DNA from: Cycas panzhihuaensis
Lineage: Eukaryota; Plantae; Cycadophyta
Length of the DNA: 64,000 nt
NCBI GenBank assembly: GCA_023213395.1
Contig: CM041465.1
Span: forward strand, 163,129,741-163,193,740
Direction of reading: 5' to 3'
The notes under the pieces were generated by a model. That model searched no databases. It saw only the letters and a list, made by a program, of their open reading frames with translations, and was not told the origin of the DNA. Positions within the stretch are counted from its first letter, which is position 1; each line of letters starts with the position of its first letter. Shown here in pieces: positions 38,201 through 50,699 of this stretch. A program made the position numbers and the translations under genes.

Positions 38201-39023
38201 AAAAAGTATTAGATAAAAAGACGAAATATGCTTGAAAAATGCCAAATATATGATAAAAATATATAAAACTTGTTAATAAAACCTCTTGTGGAGTGATAAA
38301 ACTTGATGTTTACTGTTTGTAGCTATATACTTACATAAATCTGGAAAAAATCTGAAATATCTTTGTTATAGCACAAGTATATCTTCAAGAATAATCAAAT
38401 CTATGATAAAAATATATAAGAATTTGCTGAAAAAACTTGCAGAGAATGAATATAACCGATATTTCTTACTTGTGAGTAAATTTGCTGTAGATATCAATAA
38501 ATCTTCTTACTTCTTCAAAGAAAACTTCAACAATGGATCATAAACCCGGTCTAATACCAAATGAATGAAAAATAATTCAGCTAAACTTGGCTCTGATACT
38601 AGATGAAGGAAAAATAATCATATAGAACATGGCAGAACATGAAAGAGATAATCATAAATCAATACATCATTGTTGCATAGTAGCATAAATACATAAAACT
38701 TATATATTCAATCCATTATTGTAGAAGAGCATTACAAATGTCCAATATTATAGGTGGTGTCTAAAGACACTAGGGTTGGACACCCCTCAAAATATATAGT
38801 TTGGAGGAGGAGAGAAACTCCTTAACTCCTAAAATTTAAATAATAATAAAATAATATAAACTTAACTTAAAATAAACTTAACTCAAATCAACTAAACTTA
38901 CCTTATACTTACCTACACATGTGAGCACCCATATGTATAAATTGAAGAGTGTGAGATGTGCACTCCTGGTTGGAAGGTGGGAGTGGGGTGATGAGCATTA
39001 ACCCCAACACATCCATCACCCAT

Positions 39024-41800
39024 GGAATAGCCTAAAGTATTAGTCTCCAACTCAAATGGTTTTTGTAATGATGGTAAGGTTAATATTGAAACTTCACAAA
39101 TTTTCTACTGTAGAAGCTTGAAGGCTTTCTCTTGCTTATTCTCCTAATGAAAATTTGTATGCCCTCTTGTCAATGCATGTAGAGGTACTACAATTTGAGA
39201 GAATTTAAAAATAATTTTTCTTAAATATTGACAAACACCAATAAAACTCCTTATCTCTATGATTATATTGGGTGTGAACTAATTGAGAATGACTCTACTC
39301 TTTATTGGGTCAATCTTCAATTCTCCTTCTCCAACTATAAATCCCAAGAAGATAAGAGATTGCTTCCTAAACTTGCAATTATTTAGGTTAAGTTTTAGCT
39401 ATTGTTGTTAAAAAACTTTGAGTACTTACTTAACATGTTGGAGGTGCTCTTCCCAAGTCTAACTAAAAATTATAATACAATCCAGATAAACAATAATAAA
39501 ATCATCATTAAAAGGTCTCAATACTTTATTCATCAACCTCATAAAGGTGGCAAGTGTGTTGCATAAACCAAAAGACATTATTATCCAATCGAATAACCCT
39601 TGGTTTAATTTGAAAGCTATCATCCAAGTGTCCTCCTCTCATATTTGAACTTGATGGTAGCCTGATTTCAAGTCCAACTTGCTTAAATATCTTGTGGACT
39701 ATAGCTGGTCTAATAAGTCATCTATCCATGATAGGGGATGCTGATTCTTTATAGTGATCTTATTTAATACTCGATAGTCAATGCACATTCTCCAATCTCC
39801 ATCTTTTTTTGGCACCAAAATAGTATGTGAACTGTAAGGGAAATAACTTGGCTTGATCTCTCCTTGCTCTAAGAGTTCTTGAATCATTATCTTAATCTCC
39901 TCATTCCCCAAAATTGAGTTCCAATAAAGACTATGATTAGGCAAAGGTGAATTGGAAATTAGCTAAATTTCAAGCTCAAATTCCCTCTTAGGGGCATCTC
40001 TTTTGGCTCTTAGAATACCTCATTATACCTATTATTTAGGCCTTCAATCTACTGCAATGATTTTCTATCCATTACTTGTGTTAAGGACTTTATTTGCTCC
40101 TTTTCTTCCATCTTTTGCTTTACCATCAATAGCATAAAGTTTTTACAAGCATTAATTAATCACTTTTCTTGTTGGGAGGATATGACGGAGAACTTCTTTT
40201 GAGGTTTTGATACATTAATTAGATATGCTTTACTATCCTTGATGAGTCGAATCTTTCTCAACCTCATGTGATGAACTCCATCTCTATCATAGAGATATGG
40301 GCTATCAAACACAACCTATGAAACATCCAAAGGAACCACTTTGTATTCAACCTTATCAATGAACCTTTCTGAAATTATAAACTTGAATTTGCATTAGTGA
40401 GTAACCTGTAGTTCTAAATCTTTTTGTAGCCATCCAAGAGAATATGGTTTTGGATGTGCATGCATCTTTAATCCTAACTTCTTCATTAATGCCTCTGAGA
40501 TTAAATTCTTTTGGCTTCCTCCATCAAAGATGGCATCAACCATACTTTGTTTCACCTGGATTCTCACCATGAAGAGCTCCTCTTTAATATATGGGTCAAC
40601 CTTTTGATGGATGTCTTTACATTCAACATTAGCCATGAGTATCAACTTCCCATTGGCTCCTTTAGTACTACAAATGTCTTCTTCTCTTGTAGTATTGAGT
40701 AAAGCTTTGCCTTCAATTTTAGCTTTATCTTTTCCCTTATTCTTAGGCTACTTCTCTAGATGTAAAAACCAATGATGTTCTATGCTATATCCTACCCACT
40801 TGCAATGCATGCAAGAAACTTTGATTTGAGTGGTACTGGCTTGCTTCTTCTTGCTAAAACCCCTAATTGGTTGTTATCTTGCTTTTCATGAAAACTTCTT
40901 TCCTTGTGGAGATTTATTACTATCTTCTTGAGGTATAGACCTATTCCTCTCTGCATAGATCTTCTTATTCCTCTTCTCGATAGCAATTACTTTCTTGTTA
41001 GCCTCATCAAGAGTTTTCACTTTGAACAACTAGAGTTCTTATTGAATATGTTGGTGTAGACCTCTAATATATTTCAACATTATATCTTTACCAAGTAATA
41101 AAATGCCCAACACAATAACTTACTTTTGAGATTCTATTATATAATCTTAGATATTTTGACCCCTTTCTTGTCTATAGTATTGCCATTTAATCCAATGTTA
41201 TTCTTCATGTCTAATGGGATAGAATTACTTCTTGATAAGGGATTTAAATTACTGCGATATTATCTCAGCCACATCATGGGATTTAAGATACATATTCCAC
41301 TAAACCAGTACGTGCTTAGAGGGTTTTAGCCTAGAAAAAGTGATCCCTTACTAGTTCATATACCCATATATTAAGAAATATGTTTCTAATTGATCTAATC
41401 GATTACCCAACTTCTCAGCATCTAAAGTTCTATAGTAGATGGGTAATTCCAATATTATCTCAACTTTAAATGGATGTGCTATCATGGACTTCTCTAAAGA
41501 TGGATTTTCATATCTTCCCTCCTCATCTTGCTAGCCATTTGTAGGCCCTTCTTGGGTACCTTCACTTGTATCCTCTTTTATCAGTTCATCTTCTTCTTTC
41601 TTCCTACCTTTGGCTATGGAAGAGGATGCACCCTATTGAGATACAAGTTATGCCACAAGCTGAGTCAATCTTTTAAGATTTTTCTCCATCCTCAAGAATC
41701 TTTCCTCCATATCTTCCTCTGGATCTGTCATATTCCTTTATTATATATGCTCCCCTTTAAGAGGTTCAGTCAAAGGCTATCTAGTCACTTACTATTTAAA
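39024..41800 (-). pseudogene. Gypsy-B gag-protease-RT pseudogene
   Basis: ORFs 40394-40645 and 39699-39944; LDLKSGYHQ and YLDCII motifs on manual translation. Confidence 0.88.
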
Positions 41801-41920
41801 CCTAGTTTTCATAAAATATTTTTAACATAACAACAGATGAGTTTTCTTGCCCCAACTCCTAAGGGCTGAAAACCACACTTTGATACCAAAAATATTGATC
41901 TAAATTAAATGGAAAAGTAA

Positions 41921-44900
41921 TTTTTTTGTTTTGATTAGATAAAAGAAAGAATCTTGGGTTTTGAACTAGGATCCCAAAACCTTTTACATCAAGTTCGCAT
42001 CAATCTAATTAGCAAGGTGGCCATGATAAGCCCATGGCCTAACTAAACCCTCTCAGAATAGCAAAACATCCTTGCCATGACAAGCCTAGTGGCTAGCTCT
42101 ATTGCTTCACTCTATTCCCATCTTCCTCAACCAGTCTCTTTATTTCCTTTAGTAGATCCTCTCTGTAGACTCAAGCTCTTATGTGATTAACCCCTAGTTA
42201 GGTAATTTATCTGCCACTCTATTACCTTCTCTGTAGGTGTGTGTCAAGTGATAATTTTCAAGTCCTCATAGAACTTCTTGAGTATCCTTAATTATATCCT
42301 GAGTTCTCCAATCTAATATAGATATACCTTTAAGCAGGTTGATCACATTAAGTGAGTCCCTTTCTAGGATCACCTTGTTATGACCTCCTTGTATAACCAT
42401 ACAAACAGCTTTCCTCATAGCTTCCATCTCATCCTTGTGGTTTATCTGGTGACTATAGTACTTAGCATAGCCCACATAACCTTCCCTTTTAAATCTTTAT
42501 AAATACCCTCACCCCTAGCTTCTCTTAGGTTATCTTTCGAGGCCCCGTCAAAATTAATCTTCATCCGAGGGTCTTTTGGGGGGTTCCAAATACAACTTCT
42601 TTTCCACTCATTTGAAATCCTTGTGGTTATTCCCCACCTTTTCAAAATAAAGCTTTCTCTTAGCAATGCTTTTTGATCCTCTCTAGGCTTCATATTTCTC
42701 CCTATCTTCGAGGTGATGATGTTAAAAATTCTAGTCTCATCCATCTGCTTATTTTGGAACACCCTCATGTTCATCTCCTTCCATTGATTCCACATCATTA
42801 ATAGAAGGGGGGCTTTCCAAATGCTAGATAATCATATGCTTCTGAACAGGTTGCTCTAGGCTAGCCATTGATCTACCAAATGTTTTTAAGGGACCCAACA
42901 AACCTCAAAGAGGTCCATTATTGACCTCCACACCCCTAATAAAGATGTAATGGAGGACAATATAATCTACTAACTCCTCCTTGTTGCAATAGAGGACATA
43001 CTTATTTAGCATTACAAAACCTCTCTTCTTAAGGTTATCCACTGTAAGAATTTTACTTTTTAGACATGTCCACCAAAATACTATAATCTTAGGAATCAGG
43101 TCTAATTTCTAGACCCCTTCAAAAAGTGATAACTTTCAATCTCCCCTTTCGAGGCACAAGAAATGATATCCTTGTTTGACTGTATAGTCCCTAAACTAGG
43201 ATGATAACCATACCATAGAATCTGCTACCCCTCTCTTTGGGATATAATACTTCTTAATTTCTTTTAATAAGACTTCCACCCTTTCCTAAACTGCAGCCTC
43301 CCCTCGAAGGTCCTTAAAGCTCCTCCATTTTCTCTCCAATCCCTCCCCACTCTAATAATCCTTCATGTAGGTCCTATAGCTTCTCCTGCACAAGGGCTAC
43401 AAGGGGGCTAACTCCTCCCTTCTACTAAATTTCTCATCTCCACACCATACATCCTCCCAAAATTGTATGGTTCTCCCATCTCCCAGCTTCCAATGAGCTC
43501 CAGCCTTTAGCATACTTCTATATTTTAGGATGCTCCTCCAAATGGTAGAACCATTGGAGGGGAGCAGGTTCTCTTTTAAAAACTGACTACCCTAGATATA
43601 TTTATGAGAAAGGATCTTGTCCCATGTGCCCCCTTACTTTTTGGTCAAACGCTAGCTGATCTTTACCACAAGAGTATTATTATATAATGGTAGTTGTCTA
43701 AGGTTGAGTCCTCCTGCCCATTTTGGGCGGCATACCTTCTCCCATTTTACCAAATGAATTCTATCTTTCTCCTCCATTCTCGACCATAGAAATCTCTTCT
43801 AGATAGACTCCAACACTAATGTCACCCATGTCGGTACTCTAAATATTAACATCGAGTAAACTGGGATACTTTAGAGAGTTGTAGCTACACATTATAGTTT
43901 CTAAGCTTGACTAAGAAGAGCTCCTTTCCACCCAACCAATTTCCTTTGAATCCTATCTATGATAGGGTCCCATATTTCCTTTATCATTCCTCTAATAAAT
44001 AAAGGCATTCTAAGGTACGTGGTCGACAACTTCTTGACTGCCATCTCAAGGATTTTGTTGATCCTTCATTGAACATTCTCTGGCATGTTGATGAAGAACA
44101 CACTGCTTTTATTGAAATTTATCTTTTGATTTGTGGCTCACTCAAACCTTTCCAGACCTCCTTTAAGGGTGCAGGCTTCCCCTAGTGCTGCCTTACCTAA
44201 GAAGATATTATCATCCACAAATTGATAATGAACCATGTTTCTGACACCTGAGGTAGGATTTAGTCCCTGAATTACCCTACATCTCCTAGCCTCTTTCGTG
44301 GTCCTACCTAACATTTTTGCCATGATAATAAATAAATAGGGGGATAATGGGTCCCCTTGCCTCAACCCTATAAAGCCTTGGAAGAATCTTGAAGACTTTC
44401 CATTAATAATAACATAATATTGTGGGTTAGAAATACATAATTTCACCCACTCCCTCCAAATATTTCCAAAGCTAAAAACTTCCATGCATTCCATTAGGCA
44501 TTCCCATGAAACTCTATCATAGGCTTTCGACATATCAATTTTAATTAACATGCCAACTTCCTTTCTTTGGTTGGTCAAGTGGAGGGTTTCGTGGATAACT
44601 ATTATGCCATCCATAATCTGTCTGCCTTGCAAAAAACCATCTGATTCTTAGAGATGATCCCTGGGAGGATCTTTTTTAATATGTTAGCTAGGACTTTTGT
44701 CAATATCTTATACTTAACATTGTAGAGGCTTATGGGGTGAAAATCCTCCATCCTTCTTGTACCCTCCTTCTTTGGGATCAGCATTATAAAAGTTGCTTGC
44801 CAATCTCCCAAAAGTTTCTGATTCCTTTAGAACTCATGCAAGGCTTCTATCAAATCCCCTTTTATTATATCCCAAAAGTCCTGTAAGAAGCTAGGAGGAA

Positions 44901-46953
44901 AACCATCTGGTCCCAGTGCTTTCTCTCTCTTCATGCCAAACACTACTTCTCTTAATTCCTCCATGGTGAAAGGGGCTTCCATCTTTTCATTTTGATTTAC
45001 CTTGCCTAGCTTAGGGATTGAACTCAGAAAGTCCTTCCTAACATCCTTATCTATAAATCTTGGTTCTTCAAAAAATTCTGAAAAATATTCAATAGATGTA
45101 TTCTTTAAGCCTTCTAATCTATTTACTTCCTCCATGTCTTTCCCATGGAGGCTACGTATTTTGTTGCTAGCTCTATGCTTCACCATTATCATATGGAAAA
45201 ATTTAGTATTCCTGTCTCTCTTAACTAACCGAATGGCCCTAGACTTTTGTCTCCAATGGACCTCCTCTCTGCTTAGGATCTCCTCTAAGTTCTTCACCAG
45301 ATCTCTCTCCTCTTTATCTAGCTCCTCAGTTCTACCTTCCTCCTAGATCTTATTTTTAGTAGTTTTCAAATCTCTTAACATTTGGTCCTTTTCTACAAAT
45401 ATATTTTTAAAGACTTCTTTGTTCCACCTTTTTACTTCCATCTTAATCTAGTCTAGCTTCCTCAAGAATCTATACATTGCATAACCATGAACTGGGACTC
45501 TCCACTAGTCCTTAGTAAGCTGCCTGAAGTGTGGGTATCTAGTCCACAACAACTTGAATCTAAAAGGGGATCCTTTATGCTTCTCAGAGTTAGAGAACAC
45601 AAACTGGAGGGGAGAGTGGTCTGATAATGTTCTCTGAAGCACTTCTAGGTAAAAGTCGTTGTATCTTGCTGACCATTCATAGTTAAGCATCACCCTATCT
45701 AGCTTCACTTGGATATGTTGGTTACCCAATCTTCTATTTGACCAGGTGAAGTTTGCTCCTCTGAGCGGGACATCCACCAGCCCACCCCTTTGCATAAAGC
45801 TACTAAGGTCTTGCATGTTGCCCGTTTACCCCTCCTAGCCCCCTCTCTTTTACCCTAGTATAAGGGGAGTATTTAAGTCCTCCACCACTAGCCAGGGGGT
45901 AATGCAACCTCTGTGATCCACTAGAATCCTTTCTTAGAGAGATCTTCTCCCCTCTGGCTGATTTGGAGCATAAATATTTGTAGTTAACCATTTTGTGTTT
46001 GTCCTCCTATAGGTGAGCCATATAGAGATATATAACCCTCTTGTTTTGAAGACTTCTCTTACCTAATTTGCTAGGTTCCAAAGCACCATCAAACCCCTTG
46101 TACCTTTGTTACTATTTATAACACCAATTTTAACTTTTTTCCATACTTTTTTCTTTAACCCCATTGTTATTATCTAGCTTGGTTTCCTGCAAGAAAATCA
46201 AATTTGGTTGTTCCCTTAACCTTAATTCCTTCAGCACCTACTGTTTTGAAGGAGCATTCACCCCTTTGATATTCTAGGAGATTATCTTCATCTCTTTCTC
46301 CTAGGTTTCCAGATCTCCCTTGGATCCTCTTTGTGCAGTTCACGACCCTCATCTCTGGGTCTTAGTCTTGGCCCTTCCAGGAAACCATCCTTTAGAGTCT
46401 TTTGGTTTCCCTGATTTACTTGGAGAGCTACTTCCCTCTCTTAAAGTATCTTAAGCGAGGGTCTACCCACTCTCCTCTTTGACCTAATGTCCACCATCTT
46501 CTTTTGGCCAGTCTCCCTTTGCTCCTCCAACGTTAACTCTCTCTTCTCTTATTTCCTCTTCTCCCTGTTTCCCTACTGATTCCATTTTCTCATTTAAGTC
46601 TTCCTCTCAGCCTTCCTTGAGGGGGTCTTCCTTCCCTTCTTCCTTCTCTTTCTCTTGGTCCTCTTCACCCTCTTCTAGGGTATCCTCTAGGTCCAGTTTA
46701 AAATATGTCTTGAAGCTGTAGTGTTAGGTCTCTCATAAGGCTCTACCTTGGTATTTTCCTTAGTGGTATCATTCTCCTCTTACCTCTCCTTCTCCTCTTT
46801 TCTAATCTCTGGGAATTTTTGGGGTAAGTGTCCTATCCTTCTACATGCCGAGCACCTAAAGTTTTCCACTTCATAAATTAGAGGTTAGTCCCTGCTCTTA
46901 TCCTCCATATCAATCCAAACATTCTCTAGGAGTGGTTTGTCAATTCTTGCTAA
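41921..46953 (-). mobile_element. L1-C: degenerate L1 LINE with complete ORF2 span and 3' half of ORF1, related to L1-A
   Basis: Poly(T) at 41921-41932; ORF2 ATG at 46291; APE (FTWSN, LDRVM, SDHSP), RT (KIDMSKAYDRVSW, GLRQGDPLSPYLF, QFVDD), RNase H (KINFDGAS); ORF1 knuckle (CSACRRIGHL) at ~46825-46870. No TSD found. Confidence 0.93.
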
Positions 46954-47297
46954 GGTTTAATGTCACAAACGATGGCTACTGATTTAGAATCTAGAGTCAT
47001 TACTTACTAAATAGGTTTTTCTCCCTCAAGGCCCAAGGCCTTCAATATAATATAGGGCATCACATTATGTGAAGCACTAATATCCACAATGTAATTATAC
47101 AAGATAAAATCATCATGAATATTTAGGGAAAACATAAAAGGGATTATCTTTGTATCTCAAAGATAAAATAATAGCAAAAATAATTCTATTTAGAATTTGA
47201 TGATTTATATGAGGTTGTCTTATCCTCTAATATAATTAGTCTTGTCCTCTATTTAGGAAACTCCATGGCCTAGTAAAGACTTAACCCAATAAGATAT
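46954..47297 (-). pseudogene. Gypsy-C aspartic protease remnant
   Basis: Reverse translation PFMFSLNIHDDFILYNYIVDISASHNVMPYIILKALGL (decayed DSGAS-type motif). Confidence 0.75.
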
Positions 47298-50200
47298 TAT
47301 TACCACTTATTTTACCCTTTAATTAAAAAGAGGTGTTAGTGAAGGAGTGTTGACATGTGGTTTTAATAAAGGATCAAAATATATACCTCAGAAGGTGGAT
47401 GGTTAGGGTTATAATTTAGAGGATTATAGGGCTTAAAAATTATAACAGGATAAGTGTGTTCGATTAACATCGAATGAGTGATCAAGCTCAAGAAAAAGTG
47501 ATAATGTAAAGATGATGATTAAATGATAAAGTAGTAAGTGTAAAGGAATTAGTGAATTGAGACATTAATGGTTGCATAGGATAAAATAATGTAGGAAAGG
47601 AATAGTGATTAAGTAATTCTCATAAGCTGTTATTAAAGACTTTATTTGAGAATATTTCTCAAGAAAAACGATTATTATCATGTGGGGAATTTTAGTGTAG
47701 TAAATATCTCATGCAGGAAAGACTAGTGCAAGAAAGTAAAAAAATGAGAGATAGTTCCCATAAGCTATTATTTTGCAAGGTGTCATCTATTTGGGAACAC
47801 TTTTTAGAAAGTGAGCATTTATGGGAAAGACCAATGTGAAATAAGAGCACGTGAGAAAATAAATATTATGCATTATTCCCACAAAGTGAGCTCCTATAGA
47901 AGTACTCAATTTAAAACATATTTATCTAAATAAAATTGTATTTAGAATCATAAGAGTAAGTGTAAAAAACATCAATATAAAAAATAGCATGTGCGGAAGA
48001 GTAAATATATAATAAGAGGAATGGAACAAAGTAGCACTCACATACTTGCTTCTCATAAATACCACCTTTCTCTCAATATTAATAAGATAAAGAGAGTTAT
48101 TATCTGAACTATTACACAAGAAGTGATTACATGGGGCTATATTCTTGAGACACATATTTATAAATGAATAGATTTGAGTGAAAGTTTATAAAAGGACACA
48201 TAGGGTGCATAAATATCAATGAATTTTGAGCCCTTGATTCATGATATATTTTAAACTAAAACCCTTGATCTTCTGTTTTATATCATGATTAAGGTACAAT
48301 TACTTAATATGATGCAATGATGCCTTAATGATTTTGGTAATTTTGATATATCATTAACACCATTGAATATCTGACCTATCAAACATAAATACATGATCAC
48401 AAAACGTTATGATTCATGACACAGACATTAATTAAAACCATGTGTTATATCTCATTCTGATGGCTATAAAGTTATGTTTTAGGGTATAGGAGACTATATA
48501 AGGTGCATAACTTATAGGTGAAAGTGTTGGAATGTAAACTTGAGTTATTTAAAAATAGCAACTTTTGTTTACTAAAGATCAAAAAAATGTCATGGAGGGC
48601 ATGCTTTAAGAAGATTTATAGGATGTAGTATGCCCTTGGTCATGGGATATTTATAGAAGACATGGATCATGGGGTATTTTAAGGTGTGCCTTGAGTAAAT
48701 AACTAATTGTGAAAAAATGGATTAACTCAAAACAAGTTAGTATCTAATGAGAAGGCAATCCCTTATTTAGGATTGCAGTGTGAGAAAACACTCAAGTCTA
48801 AGGAAGTCATATACCATTATGTAACGAGTAGATCTTAAAGATAAAAATCTAGTTATGAAGACTACCATAAGTAGAGGATGGCAAGTATCATGCAGTAACA
48901 TATTCATCCATCCATTTGCTATCATCAAATCCATAACAAATTAGTCATAGAATGGTCAATGTATGAGATTTAAGTGTAATGCCTACGTATGACTAAAGGA
49001 TTACTTCCATCATAAGCTAACTTAGGTGGTAGTCATCTAATTCCTATCATGGGTAATATTCTAATAATAATTAAGGGTCATTCTCTAATAATACCATAGT
49101 GATCAAGACTACTACAATGTTTGCACTCACCCTTAATTATAATAACAACACCAATCTATAGGGAATATCATCGAATTGAATATCTGGCACAAAATATATC
49201 ATCTCATTAAGAAGTAAAGGTCCTTCCTTAGCACAATGGTTACTAATCAATATGGTAGAGAAAAGGTCTAGGTTGTCATTAGAGATATTTTACACCAACT
49301 TATAGCCCAAGTGGTTAAAGCCTATGAGAGAAGTCATTATAGTTTAAAAAGTTATTCTTGGGAGAAAAATGGGAGGCAAACTTCTCTTTTCTTCTAGGAT
49401 TATTTCTCTTATTTTGAGTATTTTCTTGCCTTCTTAGATCTCTTCTATCTATCTATTCTCCTTTTTTTTTCTTTGTATATGTTTATATATATATAATCTA
49501 TTTAGTATTAATATTTTTGGTAAGAGACATTTCTACACATAACAAATCTCATGAACCTGAGAGTACTTAGTAAGTGTATTTGTTGCCAAGGGCCTTAGTT
49601 TTCATCATGATAATATCAATCTATATTAATTAATTTTACTTAGCAGTATTCAAAGCACTCAGGGATCCTATTGTATGCATGACATCTTTATAATGAAGCA
49701 TAGATTACTTTGATAAATGGTTGTATATTTTAACTCATTAAGCATTTTGTCTGAAGTTTGATATAAACTTTCCATTTTAGAAGAAGGAAATATATATCTT
49801 ACAAATGTTTTATTACTTGTTAATGATCCTTTTATGTTTTCCTCTATTTTCATGCTTCATAGTTACCTAAGTGCACACTAGGATATTCTAACTATATTCT
49901 TGATACTTTAATCTTAAATAATTAGGAAAGCACATAAACTATTTTTTTTAGTGATGTATGTTTGGCCCATAATGAAGGGATTTGATAAACGATTAGTAAA
50001 TGTGTTTAAAACCAATATTCCTTATCATTTTATTTAGAGGTTTATGTCTACTAGTTTATTTGAGGCAGATCAAGACATGGATCTACTTCTTTTGGCAAGC
50101 ATATATAATAAAGAAGTTGAATCCATTCCTCTTCATTCTTTCTCAATTTTATTTCTCCATCTCCTTATCTTTTCATATTTAGATTTGCCCCTTCTTTTTC

Positions 50201-50413
50201 ATCTTTCTCATCATACCATAAAAAATTTCTTTTAGCACTTTGTTCAATTTTAACTCTACATATTATATACATTATTGTATTGTACAAGCCCATAAATGAG
50301 CCAAAGTAGGACATATTATGGTTGTTTCACTACCATTATTTTGTTGAACAAGATAACCCAATCATACTATACCTAATCCTCAAGGGAAGTAATGATGGTT
50401 AAAACTGAAAATA
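47298..50413 (+). repeat. Element 6 5' LTR
   Basis: Collinear with 53188-56309 along its whole length, e.g. GATTAACTCAAAACAAGTTA and CTCATTAAGAAGTAAAGGTCCTTC. Confidence 0.88.
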
Positions 50414-50699
50414 GTTAGCAACCATACTAGGGAAATCCCCTACATTATTTTTTCCTCTTTTTCATTTTCACTATTGTAATATTAGATCTAATGTTTTACT
50501 ATATGAACACCCTAGTGAGGAGGTCATACACACAACCATTGGAAGCTAAAATCATTAACAACAATATATTGAACTCTATTCAAAGAAAGAATATAGAAGA
50601 AGGCCTACCAAGAATCTTAAAATGATTGAGTATATAGAAAAAAATAGATAACCTCATAGGCCTATAATTCATAGGATTATGATTTATAGAAAATATGGT

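Larger units (their letters stand above)
31728..39009 (-). mobile_element. NA-5: non-autonomous copia-derived LTR element (truncated gag only) carrying PPR-gene fragments
   Basis: LTRs 38604-39009 (5') and 31728-32131 (3'); PBS 38590-38601 plus a second PBS at 38548-38559; PPT 32132-32144 plus a copy at 32461-32474; perfect TSD CATCC (31723-31727 / 39010-39014). No PR/INT/RT/RH recognisable. Confidence 0.93.
24286..39018 (-). mobile_element. Copia-4: full-length degenerate copia element with ~1.9-kb leader; 5' LTR split by NA-5
   Basis: 3' LTR 24286-24591; 5' LTR 31426-31727 plus 39015-39018; PBS 31412-31423; PPT 24593-24602; perfect TSD CCCAT (24281-24285 / 39019-39023). Confidence 0.94.
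21920..41920 (-). mobile_element. Gypsy-B: chromovirus-like Ty3/gypsy element (host of Copia-4); 5' LTR truncated at L1-C
   Basis: PBS (rev. TGGTATCAAAG) at ~41878-41888; gag ~41800-40700; protease DGGSQKNLI (40394-40645); RT (KKDGDWRMCIDYRVLN). RNase H is split by Copia-4 exactly within GYSMG|TVL. Integrase 23900-22700. Putative 3' LTR ~21920-22432, whose first ~27 nt resemble 41893-41920. Confidence 0.85.

Noticed and set aside
1096-45346. Numerous 60-115 aa ORFs antisense to TE coding regions (e.g. 2863-3192, 15537-15812, 25278-25586, 27732-27980, 45002-45346)
   Set aside because: They are shadow frames of decayed pol/ORF2 sequence with no independent motifs.
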